Shown: positions 42,422 through 52,725 of the stretch, in pieces
How the letters are laid out: each line of letters starts with the position of its first letter
Position numbering within the stretch: position 1 is the first letter of the stretch
Assembly (NCBI GenBank): GCA_017470905.1
Contig: JAFUXL010000022.1
Location: forward strand, 5,884 to 69,883
Reading direction: 5' to 3'
Length of the DNA: 64,000 nt
Source: Ruminococcus sp.
GTDB taxonomy: Bacteria; Bacillota; Clostridia; Oscillospirales; Ruminococcaceae
Notes under the pieces: generated by a model
Databases searched by the model: none
What the model was told of the DNA's origin: nothing
Seen by the model: the letters and a program-made list of their open reading frames with translations, nothing else
Program-made: the position numbers and the translations under genes

Positions 42422-45400
42422 TTGTATCTTAAATCACTCGAAATACAGGGCTTCAAGTCCTTTCCCGACAGGATAAGCCTTACATTCGACAAGGGACTTA
42501 CGGCTGTGGTGGGTCCCAACGGCAGCGGAAAAAGTAATATCGGCGACTCCGTTCGCTGGGTACTGGGAGAGCAGTCCACGAAAACTCTCAGAGGAAATAA
42601 AATGGAGGACGTTATTTTTTCCGGTACCGTTGCAAGAAAGCCTATGGGCTTTGCCGCAGTAACGCTTAATATAGACAACTCCGACAGGAAAATTGACATC
42701 ATGGAGGACGAAATCGCCGTTACAAGAAAGCTCTACCGCAGCGGCGAAAGCGAATATTCAATAAACGGAAAGGCTTGCCGCCTTAAAGATATAAATGAAC
42801 TCTTCATGGATACCGGACTTGGCAGGGACGGCTATTCGATAATCGGACAGGGAAGAATTGCCGAAATTGTCGGCGCAAAAAGCAATGAAAGACGTGATAT
42901 TTTCGAGGAGGCGGCGGGAGTATCAAAATTCAGCTACAAAAAGCTGGAGGCGGAGAGAAAATTATCCTCCGCACAGGAAAATCTCGTCCGCCTTACGGAT
43001 ATAATTTCGGAGCTTGAAAGCCGTGTCGAGCCGCTTAAAAATCAGGCGCAGAAAGCCGAAAAATTCATAAAGCTTGCCGAAGAACGCAAAAAGCTTGAAA
43101 TATCCGTCTGGATAAACCGCCTTGACGAGCTTAAGGAAAAACAATTGCAGCTTGATGAAAAAATCCTTGCCGCAAAGGGAGAATATGCCGCCCTCGAAAG
43201 CGATATTCAGCGTCAGGAGGAAAAATCGCAGGCAGGCTTCCGCAAAATGCAGGAATGCACTATGCGTTCCGATGAACTGCGCCGAAAGATGATTGAGGAG
43301 GAACGGCTTTCCTCCGAAAGAAAATCAAATATCGCCGTATGCGAAAATGATATAAAGCACTGCGAGGAAACCATAAAAATATCCGAAAAAAATATAGCCT
43401 CCTCCGCAGATACCGAGAAAGAAATTATCCTCCGCAGGGAGCAGTCCCGCAAAAAGCTTGCCGAACTCCAATTGCAGCAGGAGAATATAAAAAGCGAAAT
43501 CCTGTCACTCGAAAAAAATCTCGGCAATGCGGAAAGTGAAAATTCCCTCCTCGGCGATGATGTCAGAAAAGCATCCGATGAGATAAATTCACTGAATATA
43601 AAACAAAGCGAATTGAAATTTGCAGCCGACTCCGCAAGGAAAACCATTGACGAGGAAAAATCAAGGCTTGAAGAATTGAAAAAATCAAGTGAGAACAGTG
43701 AAAAGACCCTTTCGGATTATATCTCAAAGCTTGACGAAAACCGGAGACTTGTATCCGAAAATACCGAAAATTCACGGCAAATTTCGGAAAATCTCGAAAA
43801 ATGCGAAAATATGCTTAAATCCGCAAGGGAGGATTTTGAAAAATCCAAAACAGAATTTGAAAGCATAATCTATGAGATAAAAGACCGCAGACAGCGCAGA
43901 AAAATACTCCATGACCTCGAAAATAACATGGAGGGATTTGTCGGCAGCGTAAAGCAGGTTTTGAGAGCGGCAAAACAGGGCAGACTTGACGGCGTGTGCG
44001 GAACTGTCGCACAGAACATAAGTGTTGAGCCGAAATATGCCGTGGCCGTTGAAACCGCCCTCGGAAATGCCATGCAGAATATAATCGTCGAAAATGAAAA
44101 CAATGCCAAAGCCTGCATAAAATTCCTGAAAGAACAGAAAGGCGGCAGAGCGACTTTTCTCCCCATAACTTCGGTAAAGGGCAGGGAACTGTACGAACAG
44201 GGTCTTGAAAGCTGTACGGGATTTATCGCAGCAGCAGACAAAATAGTCGGATATGACAATAAATTCGGGGGGATAATTTCCAATCTCCTCGGCAGGACGG
44301 CAGTGTGTGAGAATATAGACTGCGCAGCAGAAATCGCAAAGAAATATAATTATAAATTCCGGATAGTTACCCTTGACGGACAGGTTGTAAATGCAGGCGG
44401 TTCGTTTACGGGAGGTTCTGCACAGAAATCAGGCGGAATTATTACCCGTAAGAACGAGATAGAAAAGCTTGATTCCGATATAGAAAGGCTGTCCGCAGAG
44501 CGTGACACGGCGGACGAAAAAACAGTAAAACTCCGTGAAGAAACCGATAAACTCCGCCTCGAAAGAGAGAATTTGAGAAAATGCCTTGATGAATGCAGCA
44601 GCGATTCCGTAAGGCTCAATGCGGAAATATCAAGCCTTGAATCGCTCATATCGCAGATAAGCTCACAGTCGGAAAATTCGGGGAAATTCGTTACCGATTC
44701 ACAGAAGAAAATATCCGATTCCGAAAGCATTATAGCCGAGTCGGAAAAATTACTCTCCGAAACGGCGGAAAAAATCTCGCAGGCGGAGGAAATTTTATCG
44801 AAGGGTCAGAAAAACCGTGAAAAATTAAGGCTCGAAAGAGCAGAGTTTTCCGAAAAAATATCACAGCTTAAAATAAAGGATACCGAAATATCAAAGGACT
44901 GTCAGTCGCAGGAGCTTGAAACAGTCCGTGCGGACGATGACCTTAAAGCCCTCAGAGACAGCAATATCGGTTATCATCAGGAAATAGAGCGTCAGAATGA
45001 AATCATACTGCAAAAGAAACAGGATATAGAAAGATTAAAGCAGGAACTCGTCAGCATGAAATCCAACGCTCAGAATTATATTGAACAGATAAGCAAATAT
45101 CAGCAGATGCACACCGAACAGACAAGGCTCGTCAACGAAATAAAAAGCGGTCTGAAAACTCTCAACGAGGCAAAGGAAAAGCTTTCGGGCGAAATAAACC
45201 GCATGACGGAGAGAGATGAAATTATTGTCCGTGACAGCGATGAGATTATATCCCAGTTGCGTGAGGTGTATGAGCTTTCACGTTCGGAGGCTGCCGAACA
45301 AGCCGAAAAAATTGACGATATGACCGAGGCGCAGCGCAGGCTTAAAGAGGTAAAGGGCAAAATCTCCGCACTCGGCAGTGTCAATGTCGGGGCGATAGAC

Positions 45401-45988
45401 GAATACAGGGAGGTTTCGGAGAGATATAAATTCATGTCCGCACAGATAAAGGACGTTCAGAAATCAAAGGCTGAACTGGAGCAGATAATTTCCGGACTGA
45501 CCGAGGAGATGTGCAGGATATTCAAGGAAAGCTTTGCGGTGATAAATTCAAATTTCAAGGAGATATTCACGGAGCTTTTCGGCGGCGGACAGGCGGAGCT
45601 TATTCTCACAGACCCCGAAAATGTACTTGAATCGGGAATTGAAATAAGCGTTGCGCCGCCCGGAAAGGTAATCAAGAATTTAATATCCCTTTCGGGCGGG
45701 GAGCAGTCCTTTGTTGCGATAGCGATATATTTTGCGATATTAAAGCTCCGTCCGGCACCGTTCTGCATACTTGACGAGATAGATGCCGCACTCGATGAAG
45801 TGAACGTAAGGAAATATACGCAGTATCTTAAAAATTTCACGGATACAACGCAGTTTGTTCTTGTAACGCACAGGCGAAGTGCCATGGAGGAGGCAAACGT
45901 TCTTTACGGAGTTACCATGCAGGAGGACGGAATTTCAAAGCTGCTCAAACTTGAAGTGGAGCAGGTTGATTTTCAGGAAGAGAATTAA
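42422..45988 (+). CDS. smc: Chromosome segregation protein SMC
   Basis: GPNGSGKSN, hinge, LSGGE and LDEIDAALD motifs; TTG start. Confidence 0.99.
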   Translation: MYLKSLEIQGFKSFPDRISLTFDKGLTAVVGPNGSGKSNIGDSVRWVLGEQSTKTLRGNKMEDVIFSGTVARKPMGFAAVTLNIDNSDRKIDIMEDEIAVTRKLYRSGESEYSINGKACRLKDINELFMDTGLGRDGYSIIGQGRIAEIVGAKSNERRDIFEEAAGVSKFSYKKLEAERKLSSAQENLVRLTDIISELESRVEPLKNQAQKAEKFIKLAEERKKLEISVWINRLDELKEKQLQLDEKILAAKGEYAALESDIQRQEEKSQAGFRKMQECTMRSDELRRKMIEEERLSSERKSNIAVCENDIKHCEETIKISEKNIASSADTEKEIILRREQSRKKLAELQLQQENIKSEILSLEKNLGNAESENSLLGDDVRKASDEINSLNIKQSELKFAADSARKTIDEEKSRLEELKKSSENSEKTLSDYISKLDENRRLVSENTENSRQISENLEKCENMLKSAREDFEKSKTEFESIIYEIKDRRQRRKILHDLENNMEGFVGSVKQVLRAAKQGRLDGVCGTVAQNISVEPKYAVAVETALGNAMQNIIVENENNAKACIKFLKEQKGGRATFLPITSVKGRELYEQGLESCTGFIAAADKIVGYDNKFGGIISNLLGRTAVCENIDCAAEIAKKYNYKFRIVTLDGQVVNAGGSFTGGSAQKSGGIITRKNEIEKLDSDIERLSAERDTADEKTVKLREETDKLRLERENLRKCLDECSSDSVRLNAEISSLESLISQISSQSENSGKFVTDSQKKISDSESIIAESEKLLSETAEKISQAEEILSKGQKNREKLRLERAEFSEKISQLKIKDTEISKDCQSQELETVRADDDLKALRDSNIGYHQEIERQNEIILQKKQDIERLKQELVSMKSNAQNYIEQISKYQQMHTEQTRLVNEIKSGLKTLNEAKEKLSGEINRMTERDEIIVRDSDEIISQLREVYELSRSEAAEQAEKIDDMTEAQRRLKEVKGKISALGSVNVGAIDEYREVSERYKFMSAQIKDVQKSKAELEQIISGLTEEMCRIFKESFAVINSNFKEIFTELFGGGQAELILTDPENVLESGIEISVAPPGKVIKNLISLSGGEQSFVAIAIYFAILKLRPAPFCILDEIDAALDEVNVRKYTQYLKNFTDTTQFVLVTHRRSAMEEANVLYGVTMQEDGISKLLKLEVEQVDFQEEN

Positions 45989-46002
45989 ATATCATTAGGA
46001 GG

Positions 46003-46075
46003 TTTTTGCTCTTGCACCGGGAGAGAACGGAGCAAAGCGCAGTGAACGAAGGCGCAAGGTTACAAAGGCGCAAAT
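46003..46075 (-). repeat. Family A copy between smc and ftsY
   Basis: Reverse complement CCTTGCGCCTTCGTTCACTGCGCTTTGCTCCGTTC; TAGGAGG on both sides (45996 and 46089). Confidence 0.7.
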
Positions 46076-46100
46076 TGACGATTTTAGATAGGAGGAATTT

Positions 46101-47663
46101 ATGGGAATATTCCAGAAAATTGCGGACGGTCTAAGAAGAACAAGAGACAGCTTTTTCGGCGGTCTGCAAAGGATTTTCAACTCATTTACAAAGATAGACG
46201 AGGATTTGTTTGAAGAACTCGAAGAACAGATGATAATGAGCGATATAGGTGTTGAAACATCTGAAGAGATATGCGACAGACTGCGCAAAAAAATAAAGGA
46301 ACGGGGAATAACCGACCCCAAAGCCATAATGGAGCTTATACAGGAGGTAATCGCCGAGATAATGGGCGATGATACAGGACTTGACCTTTCGGTTTCGCCT
46401 GCGGTTATCATGGTAATAGGTGTAAACGGCGCAGGAAAAACAACCACCATAGGAAAACTCTGTCATCAATTTAAGAATGAGGGCAAGAAAGTCCTTGTCG
46501 CCGCAGCGGATACATTCCGTGCCGCCGCCATAGACCAGCTTCAAGTCTGGACGCAGAGGGCAGGAGTTGACATAGTAAAGCATACCGAGGGTTCAGACCC
46601 CGGTGCAGTAGTATATGACGCTCTCGATGCCGCAAAGGCAAGGGGGTGTGATGTGGTAATCATCGACACTGCCGGCAGACTTCACAACAAGAAGAATCTC
46701 ATGGAGGAGCTTGCAAAGATAAACAGAATAATCGACAACAAGGCAGGGGAGTGTTCGAGGGAGGTACTGCTTGTCCTTGATGCGACTACTGGACAGAATG
46801 CGGTAAGTCAGGCAAAGCTTTTCAGCGAAACCGCACCGATTACGGGTATAGTTTTAACCAAGCTTGACGGAACGGCAAAGGGCGGTATAGTCATATCAAT
46901 AAAGAATGAACTGGGAATACCCGTAAAGCTAATAGGCGTGGGCGAAAAAATTGACGACCTCCAGCCCTTCAACAGCCATATGTTTGTAGATGCGCTTTTC
47001 GATACGCAGTACAGGGATATTGATGAACAGGAAGAAGAGACCGAGGGAGATATTCCCGAAATTTCGGAGGATTACGAGGACGATGGCGAAGAATCCGAAA
47101 TAATTGAGGAACTCCCCGAAGAAATCACAGAAAGTGAAGATACGGAGGATATTGAAGAAACCCCCGAAGAAACGGAAGAATTAAGCTCCGTGTCTGTTCC
47201 CGAAAAGAAGAAGAAAGGATTTTTCAGCAGTCTTTTCGGCAGCCGTGACGAAGAACCCGAAGAAGAAACCGCAGAGGAATCCGAAGATGATACGGAGGAC
47301 AAGCCCGAAAATGACGAAATTGAACCAGTTGAGGAAGCTGTCTCCGAAGAAAATGAGGAAATAGCCGAAGCTGCCGAAGAAGTGCCGACTGAATATATTC
47401 AGCCCGATGCCGAAACTGAAAAAAATGAAGAAGATGTTCGCCCGTCTGCCGAAAATATCGAAGATATTGAGGATATTGAAGATATTGATGACGGAACGGA
47501 GGATATTCCGCAGACGGAAAATTCGGAAGATACGGAAATTTCAGAGGATACGGAAAATTCAGAGGATACGGAAAATTCGGAATCCGAACAGCCCGAATCT
47601 GCCGAACCCGAAAAGAAAAAGAAAGGCTTTTTCAGCAGGCTTTTCGGAAGAAAGGATAAATAA
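46101..47663 (+). CDS. ftsY: SRP receptor FtsY with a 220-aa acidic C-terminal extension
   Basis: GVNGAGKTTT, DTFRAAA, DTAGR and TKLDGTAKGG motifs; the NG domain ends near aa 300. Confidence 0.98.
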   Translation: MGIFQKIADGLRRTRDSFFGGLQRIFNSFTKIDEDLFEELEEQMIMSDIGVETSEEICDRLRKKIKERGITDPKAIMELIQEVIAEIMGDDTGLDLSVSPAVIMVIGVNGAGKTTTIGKLCHQFKNEGKKVLVAAADTFRAAAIDQLQVWTQRAGVDIVKHTEGSDPGAVVYDALDAAKARGCDVVIIDTAGRLHNKKNLMEELAKINRIIDNKAGECSREVLLVLDATTGQNAVSQAKLFSETAPITGIVLTKLDGTAKGGIVISIKNELGIPVKLIGVGEKIDDLQPFNSHMFVDALFDTQYRDIDEQEEETEGDIPEISEDYEDDGEESEIIEELPEEITESEDTEDIEETPEETEELSSVSVPEKKKKGFFSSLFGSRDEEPEEETAEESEDDTEDKPENDEIEPVEEAVSEENEEIAEAAEEVPTEYIQPDAETEKNEEDVRPSAENIEDIEDIEDIDDGTEDIPQTENSEDTEISEDTENSEDTENSESEQPESAEPEKKKKGFFSRLFGRKDK

Positions 47664-47665
47664 CC

Positions 47666-48256
47666 ATGAGCAGAATAAAAGAGATTGTAATGGCTACAAA
47701 CAACGCAAACAAGCTGCGTGAGGCAAGGGAGATATTCTCTCTCCTCGGAATTGAAGTAGTCTCAATGCGTGAGTCAGACATTGAATGCGACCCCGAAGAA
47801 ACAGGGGAAACATTTGAGGAAAATGCCTTGATAAAGGCAAAAGCCGTACATGATATTACGGGACGTGCGGTAATTGCCGACGACAGCGGACTTTGTGTCG
47901 ATGCGCTCGGCGGCAGACCGGGAGTATATTCCGCAAGATATGCGCCCAATGAAGAAAAATGCAGTAAACTGCTTGATGAAATGAAAAATATTCCCGACTG
48001 CGACAGAACGGCTTATTTTGAATGCTGTATAGCATTTATTGACGATAAGGGCGAATATAAATCGTTCAGCGGAAGATGTACGGGCAGAATCGGATATGAG
48101 GAAAAAGGCACGAACGGTTTCGGCTATGACCCCATATTCCTGTACGGAGACAAGACCCTTGCGGAAATGTCGCCCGATGAAAAAAACAGCATAAGCCACC
48201 GTGGTGCGGCTATGAGGGAATTGTATAAATATCTTAAAGAAAGTTATGGTGAATAA
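47666..48256 (+). CDS. rdgB: Non-canonical purine NTP pyrophosphatase
   Basis: ATNNANK, ADDSGL, GFGYDP and ISHRG motifs. Confidence 0.96.
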   Translation: MSRIKEIVMATNNANKLREAREIFSLLGIEVVSMRESDIECDPEETGETFEENALIKAKAVHDITGRAVIADDSGLCVDALGGRPGVYSARYAPNEEKCSKLLDEMKNIPDCDRTAYFECCIAFIDDKGEYKSFSGRCTGRIGYEEKGTNGFGYDPIFLYGDKTLAEMSPDEKNSISHRGAAMRELYKYLKESYGE

Positions 48257-48257
48257 T

Positions 48258-48563
48258 ATGCTTACAAGCAAACAGAGAGCATACCTGCGTGGTATCGCCT
48301 CGGAGTATGAAACAATATATCAGATAGGAAAAAACGGTGTTACCGAAGCCGCTTGCAGAGACATCGGCGAGGCTTTGAGAAAAAGAGAGCTGATAAAGCT
48401 CAGAGTTCTCGAAAATTCGGGCTGGACGGCAAGAGAAGCCGCCGATGCGGTTGCAGAGGCTACAGGCTCGGAGGTAGTGCAGGTTATCGGCTCAAAATTC
48501 GTGCTTTTCAAAAGAAATCCCAAAGAACCGGTTATAGAGGGAATACCGAGGGACAATAAATGA
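48258..48563 (+). CDS. yhbY: YhbY family RNA-binding protein
   Basis: LTSKQRAYLRG, IGKNG, ELIK and QVIG motifs. Confidence 0.95.
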   Translation: MLTSKQRAYLRGIASEYETIYQIGKNGVTEAACRDIGEALRKRELIKLRVLENSGWTAREAADAVAEATGSEVVQVIGSKFVLFKRNPKEPVIEGIPRDNK

Positions 48564-49189
48564 AAACGGGTATATACGGCGGCAGCTTCAATCCCGTGCA
48601 TAACGGACATATTCACCTTGCGGAAACGGCTCTGGAGGAATTTCGGCTCGACAGGATATTTTTCGTGCCGTGCAGAATATCTCCGCACCGCTTTGACGGG
48701 GAATATGTATCGGGCATTCACAGAATGGAAATGCTGCGCCTTGCCTGCGGCGATAATGAAAAATTTCAGATAAGCGGCTATGAGCTTGAAAACGAAAGAA
48801 CAAGCTACAGCATATACACGATAAATCATTTCAGAAGAAAATTCCCCGATGACGAGCTTTATCTCCTTGTGGGGAGCGATATGCTTATGAGCTTTGAAAA
48901 ATGGTACAGATTTGAGGAAATACTTAAAAATGTTACCCTTGCTGTCATTTCAAGAAATACGGGCGACAGGGATATTCTCCTCGAAAAAGCCGAAAAACTT
49001 GGTCAATATGGCAGAATTGTCATAGGAAAAACAGCCCCTTTGGTGGTATCTTCAACGGAAATACGAAAAAAAATTGCAAAAAATGAGAATTGCTCTTGCT
49101 ATCTTGATAAAAATGTAGTACAATATATTAAGTCGGAGAATTTATACCGAATGCCTTATGCTCCCGTCCCGGACGGGGATATAGGGTAA
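48560..49189 (+). CDS. nadD: Nicotinate-nucleotide adenylyltransferase
   Basis: GGSFNPVHNGH and SSTEIR motifs. Confidence 0.97.
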   Translation: MKTGIYGGSFNPVHNGHIHLAETALEEFRLDRIFFVPCRISPHRFDGEYVSGIHRMEMLRLACGDNEKFQISGYELENERTSYSIYTINHFRRKFPDDELYLLVGSDMLMSFEKWYRFEEILKNVTLAVISRNTGDRDILLEKAEKLGQYGRIVIGKTAPLVVSSTEIRKKIAKNENCSCYLDKNVVQYIKSENLYRMPYAPVPDGDIG

Positions 49190-49208
49190 ATACAAGAGAG
49201 GTGATTTT

Positions 49209-49790
49209 TTGTTTTACGATACCGACAGCATGAGGAAATATCTGAAAGAGCATCTTTCACAGAAACGCTTTCAACATTCGCTCAATGTTGCGGCGGAGTG
49301 CAGAAAGCTTGCGCTGAAATACGGCGAAGACCCCGATAAGGCTTATATCGCAGGACTTCTCCACGATATATGCAAGGAAATGTCCCACGAAAAACAGAGA
49401 GAGCTTGTCCTCAAAAGCGGCTTTACCGTATGCCGTGAGGAGCTTGAAACACGTTCGCTCCTCCATGGAATAGCAGGGGCATATTTTGTAAAAAAGAAAT
49501 TCGCAGTCGAAGATATAGATATTCTCAATTCAATACGCTTCCACACAGTCGGCAGGGCGGGTATGTCAAGGCTTGAGGAAATAGTCTACCTCGGCGACCT
49601 CGTTTCCGCCGAAAGAGACTACAAGGACGTTGACAGAATGAGAAAGATTACATATACAGATATAAATGATGCCATGAGGGAGGCTTTCGCCTTTTCGATA
49701 AAATCAGTGCTTAAAAAGGGAGGAGTTATACCGCTCTGCACTGTTGAGGGGTACAATTTTTACACGAGATTACTGAAAGACAATCCGTAA
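49209..49790 (+). CDS. yqeK: HD-domain Ap4A hydrolase YqeK
   Basis: RFQHS, LLHDICK and FHTVG motifs; follows nadD. Confidence 0.92.
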   Translation: MFYDTDSMRKYLKEHLSQKRFQHSLNVAAECRKLALKYGEDPDKAYIAGLLHDICKEMSHEKQRELVLKSGFTVCREELETRSLLHGIAGAYFVKKKFAVEDIDILNSIRFHTVGRAGMSRLEEIVYLGDLVSAERDYKDVDRMRKITYTDINDAMREAFAFSIKSVLKKGGVIPLCTVEGYNFYTRLLKDNP

Positions 49791-49818
49791 AACAGAATAC
49801 CTGAAAAGAGGCTTTTTA

Positions 49819-51444
49819 ATGAGAGAAAAGGATACTGTCGCCGATGACAGCATGGATACGGCAAAACATTCGGGAAAAATGAAAAAACTCGGAAAAATAA
49901 GACTTATAAACGGAGTTCTCCCCGAAAATGTAGACCCCACCAAGGGTCCCGAACCCGAAAGAATGAAATTCTATACAAATCATGCCGCAAAGCGTTCCCC
50001 CCTTTACGATATGAACAGCACAAGGGAATTTAAACCCTCGTCATACAAGGGAAAATATGAGGCAAGGCCTATCGACTGGAACAAATACAGCGATGAGTCC
50101 GAACGAGGCTCCGAGCCCGGAAAAAATAACCGCAGCAGCCGTTCGTCAAATCCCCGGCATCAGAACGGCGGAAATGTTTCCGAAAAAAATAAGAAAAACA
50201 GGAATAATAAGAAAATTTCCGAAGAAGATAAAATTAAAAAGGCGGAAAAAGTCAAAAAAAGAAGAAAGGCAAATGCCGTCAATTTCTTTGTAAAGCTTGC
50301 ATCAATAGTTCTCAGTCTTTTGACTATGGCACTTCTTGTTCTTCATATGCCCATTTTCGTGGACACAAAAACAGGCGACAAAGTTTCAATGACCTATCTT
50401 GTCAAGCACTGGCAGCCACTTGTCAGCGTCGAGGGCGAATTAAACAAGTCCAGAATATCCGATATAAAGATAGACGAAACAGCCGTTGAACCCGAATATA
50501 CGGACGGTCTTGACCTGCCGCAGCTTGTCGAGGGTCAGTACAGCGTACTGCTTCTCGGCTTTGATGAGGACGTTTTCAATACGGACGTTATGTGGGTGTG
50601 TCAGTTCGATATAGGTCACGGAAAGCTGAATATCCTGCAAATACCGAGAGACTGCTGTCTGCCCGACTATACCACAAGCGTCACGGGAAAAATAAACAGT
50701 GTCTATTCAATGGGAAGAAAGGACGTAAATCCCCCCATACAGCGTGTTGTCGATGCCGTTCAGGAAAATTTCGGAATACCGATAGATGCCTATATAACTA
50801 CCGTCTGCTATGATATTGTAGATATGGTTGATTTGATAGGCGGTATACCGATACACATAGACAACGAGATAATATATGAGGCTGACAAGATAATCCCCGC
50901 AGGAGATATAGTCCTCAGCGGTGCGCAGTCGGAATGGTTTATACGTTTCAGAAGAGAATGGCTCACGGGCGATATAGGACGTATGCAGAATCAGAGAAGG
51001 TTTATGGCTGCCGCAATGAGCAAGCTCATAAGCATTGTCTCCGATGAGGGCAGAATGAAGCTCTACAGCTATATGAAAGAGATATACGACAATGAGTATA
51101 TATATACCGATATGAGCCTTGAAGACATAAGTATGCTCGCCGATTTCGCCTCAACGCTCTCTATGGAAAGCGTACAGGTAAACATGGTTCCCGGAGAAGA
51201 CGCGGAGTATTACGCTCCCGACGGTCATATATATGATGTGTATTCCGTCCACAAGGAGGAAACGCTCGATATGCTCAACAAGTACTACAGACCCTATCAG
51301 CGTCCCATGTTTGATGTTGATTCATCCATAGTCGAGCTTGTGCATAATCATAACTATACAATCTATGACGATACAAGCGAAACGCTTGATGACCTCCAGA
51401 ATTCCACAGAACCGAAGCGTGACCCCAATAAAGCCGTAAAATAG
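49819..51444 (+). CDS. LCP (LytR-CpsA-Psr) family protein
   Basis: Basic N-terminus, a TM helix, and LLLGFD, NTD, IPRD, KINS and GDIGRMQNQR motifs. Confidence 0.9.
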   Translation: MREKDTVADDSMDTAKHSGKMKKLGKIRLINGVLPENVDPTKGPEPERMKFYTNHAAKRSPLYDMNSTREFKPSSYKGKYEARPIDWNKYSDESERGSEPGKNNRSSRSSNPRHQNGGNVSEKNKKNRNNKKISEEDKIKKAEKVKKRRKANAVNFFVKLASIVLSLLTMALLVLHMPIFVDTKTGDKVSMTYLVKHWQPLVSVEGELNKSRISDIKIDETAVEPEYTDGLDLPQLVEGQYSVLLLGFDEDVFNTDVMWVCQFDIGHGKLNILQIPRDCCLPDYTTSVTGKINSVYSMGRKDVNPPIQRVVDAVQENFGIPIDAYITTVCYDIVDMVDLIGGIPIHIDNEIIYEADKIIPAGDIVLSGAQSEWFIRFRREWLTGDIGRMQNQRRFMAAAMSKLISIVSDEGRMKLYSYMKEIYDNEYIYTDMSLEDISMLADFASTLSMESVQVNMVPGEDAEYYAPDGHIYDVYSVHKEETLDMLNKYYRPYQRPMFDVDSSIVELVHNHNYTIYDDTSETLDDLQNSTEPKRDPNKAVK

Positions 51445-51447
51445 CGG

Positions 51448-51581
51448 TGATTTGGCAAATTTAAAATTTTTCGTGGTAATATACAGGAAAATATAATAAA
51501 AAACACTGTTTTCCACGCCGCAGCCGGGGGAAACCAAGAGAAATATAAAAATTTTTGTGCATTGTTTTAAAATGCCCGTTT
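51448..51581 (-). mobile_element. Family B copy 8 (complete), flanked by ATAGC(G/A)G
   Basis: GATTTGGCAAATTTAAAATTTTTCGTGGTAATATAC...hairpin...TTTTGTGCATTGTTTTAAAATGCCCGTTT; ATAGC at 51441 and 51582. Confidence 0.78.
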
Positions 51582-51603
51582 ATAGCAGAAAGGAATGATA
51601 TAA

Positions 51604-51963
51604 ATGACCGAACAGGAAAAGCTTGAACTCATAGTTAAAACCCTCGATGACAGAAGGGGAGAGGATATACAGGCTCTTGAAATCTCCGACCTTACTATCC
51701 TCGCTGACTATTTTGTAATAGTGAACGGCACAAGCAATACCCACGTCAGAACCCTCGCCGATGAGGTTGAATTTCAGCTTTCGCAGAAAGGCATAGAACC
51801 GCAGAGACGTGAGGCTGATACGGGCAATACGTGGATAATCCTCGACTATGCGGATATTATCGTACACGTTTTCTATAAGGATACAAGGGATTTCTATAAG
51901 CTCGAAAGCCTCTGGGCTGACGGTCAGCCCGTGGATATAAGCGGTTTGCTTGTAAAGGAATAA
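51604..51963 (+). CDS. rsfS: Ribosome silencing factor
   Basis: ADYFVI, WIILDYADIIVHVF and FYKLESLW motifs. Confidence 0.97.
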   Translation: MTEQEKLELIVKTLDDRRGEDIQALEISDLTILADYFVIVNGTSNTHVRTLADEVEFQLSQKGIEPQRREADTGNTWIILDYADIIVHVFYKDTRDFYKLESLWADGQPVDISGLLVKE

Positions 51964-51964
51964 T

Positions 51965-52306
51965 ATGAACGAAAAAGGAAAAACTGTCTGCATTGCGATA
52001 ACCGCCTATACCGCAGCAAAACAGTTGCTTAACCTGATAATAGGCGGATTTTCACTGAACGGTCTGCTGAGTGTGGTTATTATAGCCGTCATTATGGGGC
52101 TTGCACTCCTTTCGGGGATAAAATATATGAACTATGTCGTTTCCGCAGTGATAGCCTTTGTTATCCTCCGCCACATAGGATATAATATATCAAATTTCCC
52201 CTCTACCATTATATATCTGCTTGAAGCCGCCATTGATGTCGTGTGCATTATCCTGCTTACTTTAAGTCAGGATGTAAAGGCGAATTTTACAAAGTGGATT
52301 AATTGA
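51965..52306 (+). CDS. Hypothetical 4-TM membrane protein
   Basis: 113-aa hydrophobic ORF coupled to rsfS. Confidence 0.75.
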   Translation: MNEKGKTVCIAITAYTAAKQLLNLIIGGFSLNGLLSVVIIAVIMGLALLSGIKYMNYVVSAVIAFVILRHIGYNISNFPSTIIYLLEAAIDVVCIILLTLSQDVKANFTKWIN

Positions 52307-52434
52307 GTTTTTGTGCATTATCCCAAAAATTCAGCCCTAATTAAATCAATTTAATGTCATTGAGGATATTTCCAACAAATTAATATGTTAATATTGTTGC
52401 AAAGTAACGAAATTGCGATAATCTGAAAAAATAC

Positions 52435-52463
52435 TTGACATCTTGCCAAAGTTGTGATAAAAT
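52435..52463 (+). promoter_or_regulatory. Sigma-A promoter of rpsU
   Basis: TTGACA-17-TAAAAT with an extended TG. Confidence 0.8.
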
Positions 52464-52469
52464 ATACTT

Positions 52470-52725
52470 ATATCCTTTATTGGTTATGGTAGCAGAGCTG
52501 CTGTTCCTTATGATGTATAATAAATTGTTCGGATACTGTACCTTGCGTCAGAGGACGTGAGTGCGGAGGATGAAATTTTTATGCGTTATCCGGAATGCTC
52601 ATCTGCGACAGTAGGATTATTCAGAAGTCTGCTGTATTTCAGAGTACATGATGCCACACGCCTTTCGGCGGTCAGCATATATATCGGTCAGCCCGATAAA
52701 CCTCTGAATAAGGGAGGGAAATGTA
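52470..52725 (+). ncRNA. Candidate structured leader RNA of rpsU
   Basis: GC-richer UTR of about 255 nt with several hairpins and long-range pairings to the SD region. Confidence 0.55.

Noticed and set aside
52470-52725. 6S, SRP, RNase P or tmRNA gene
   Set aside because: Lacks their signature sequences, and there is no terminator before rpsU.
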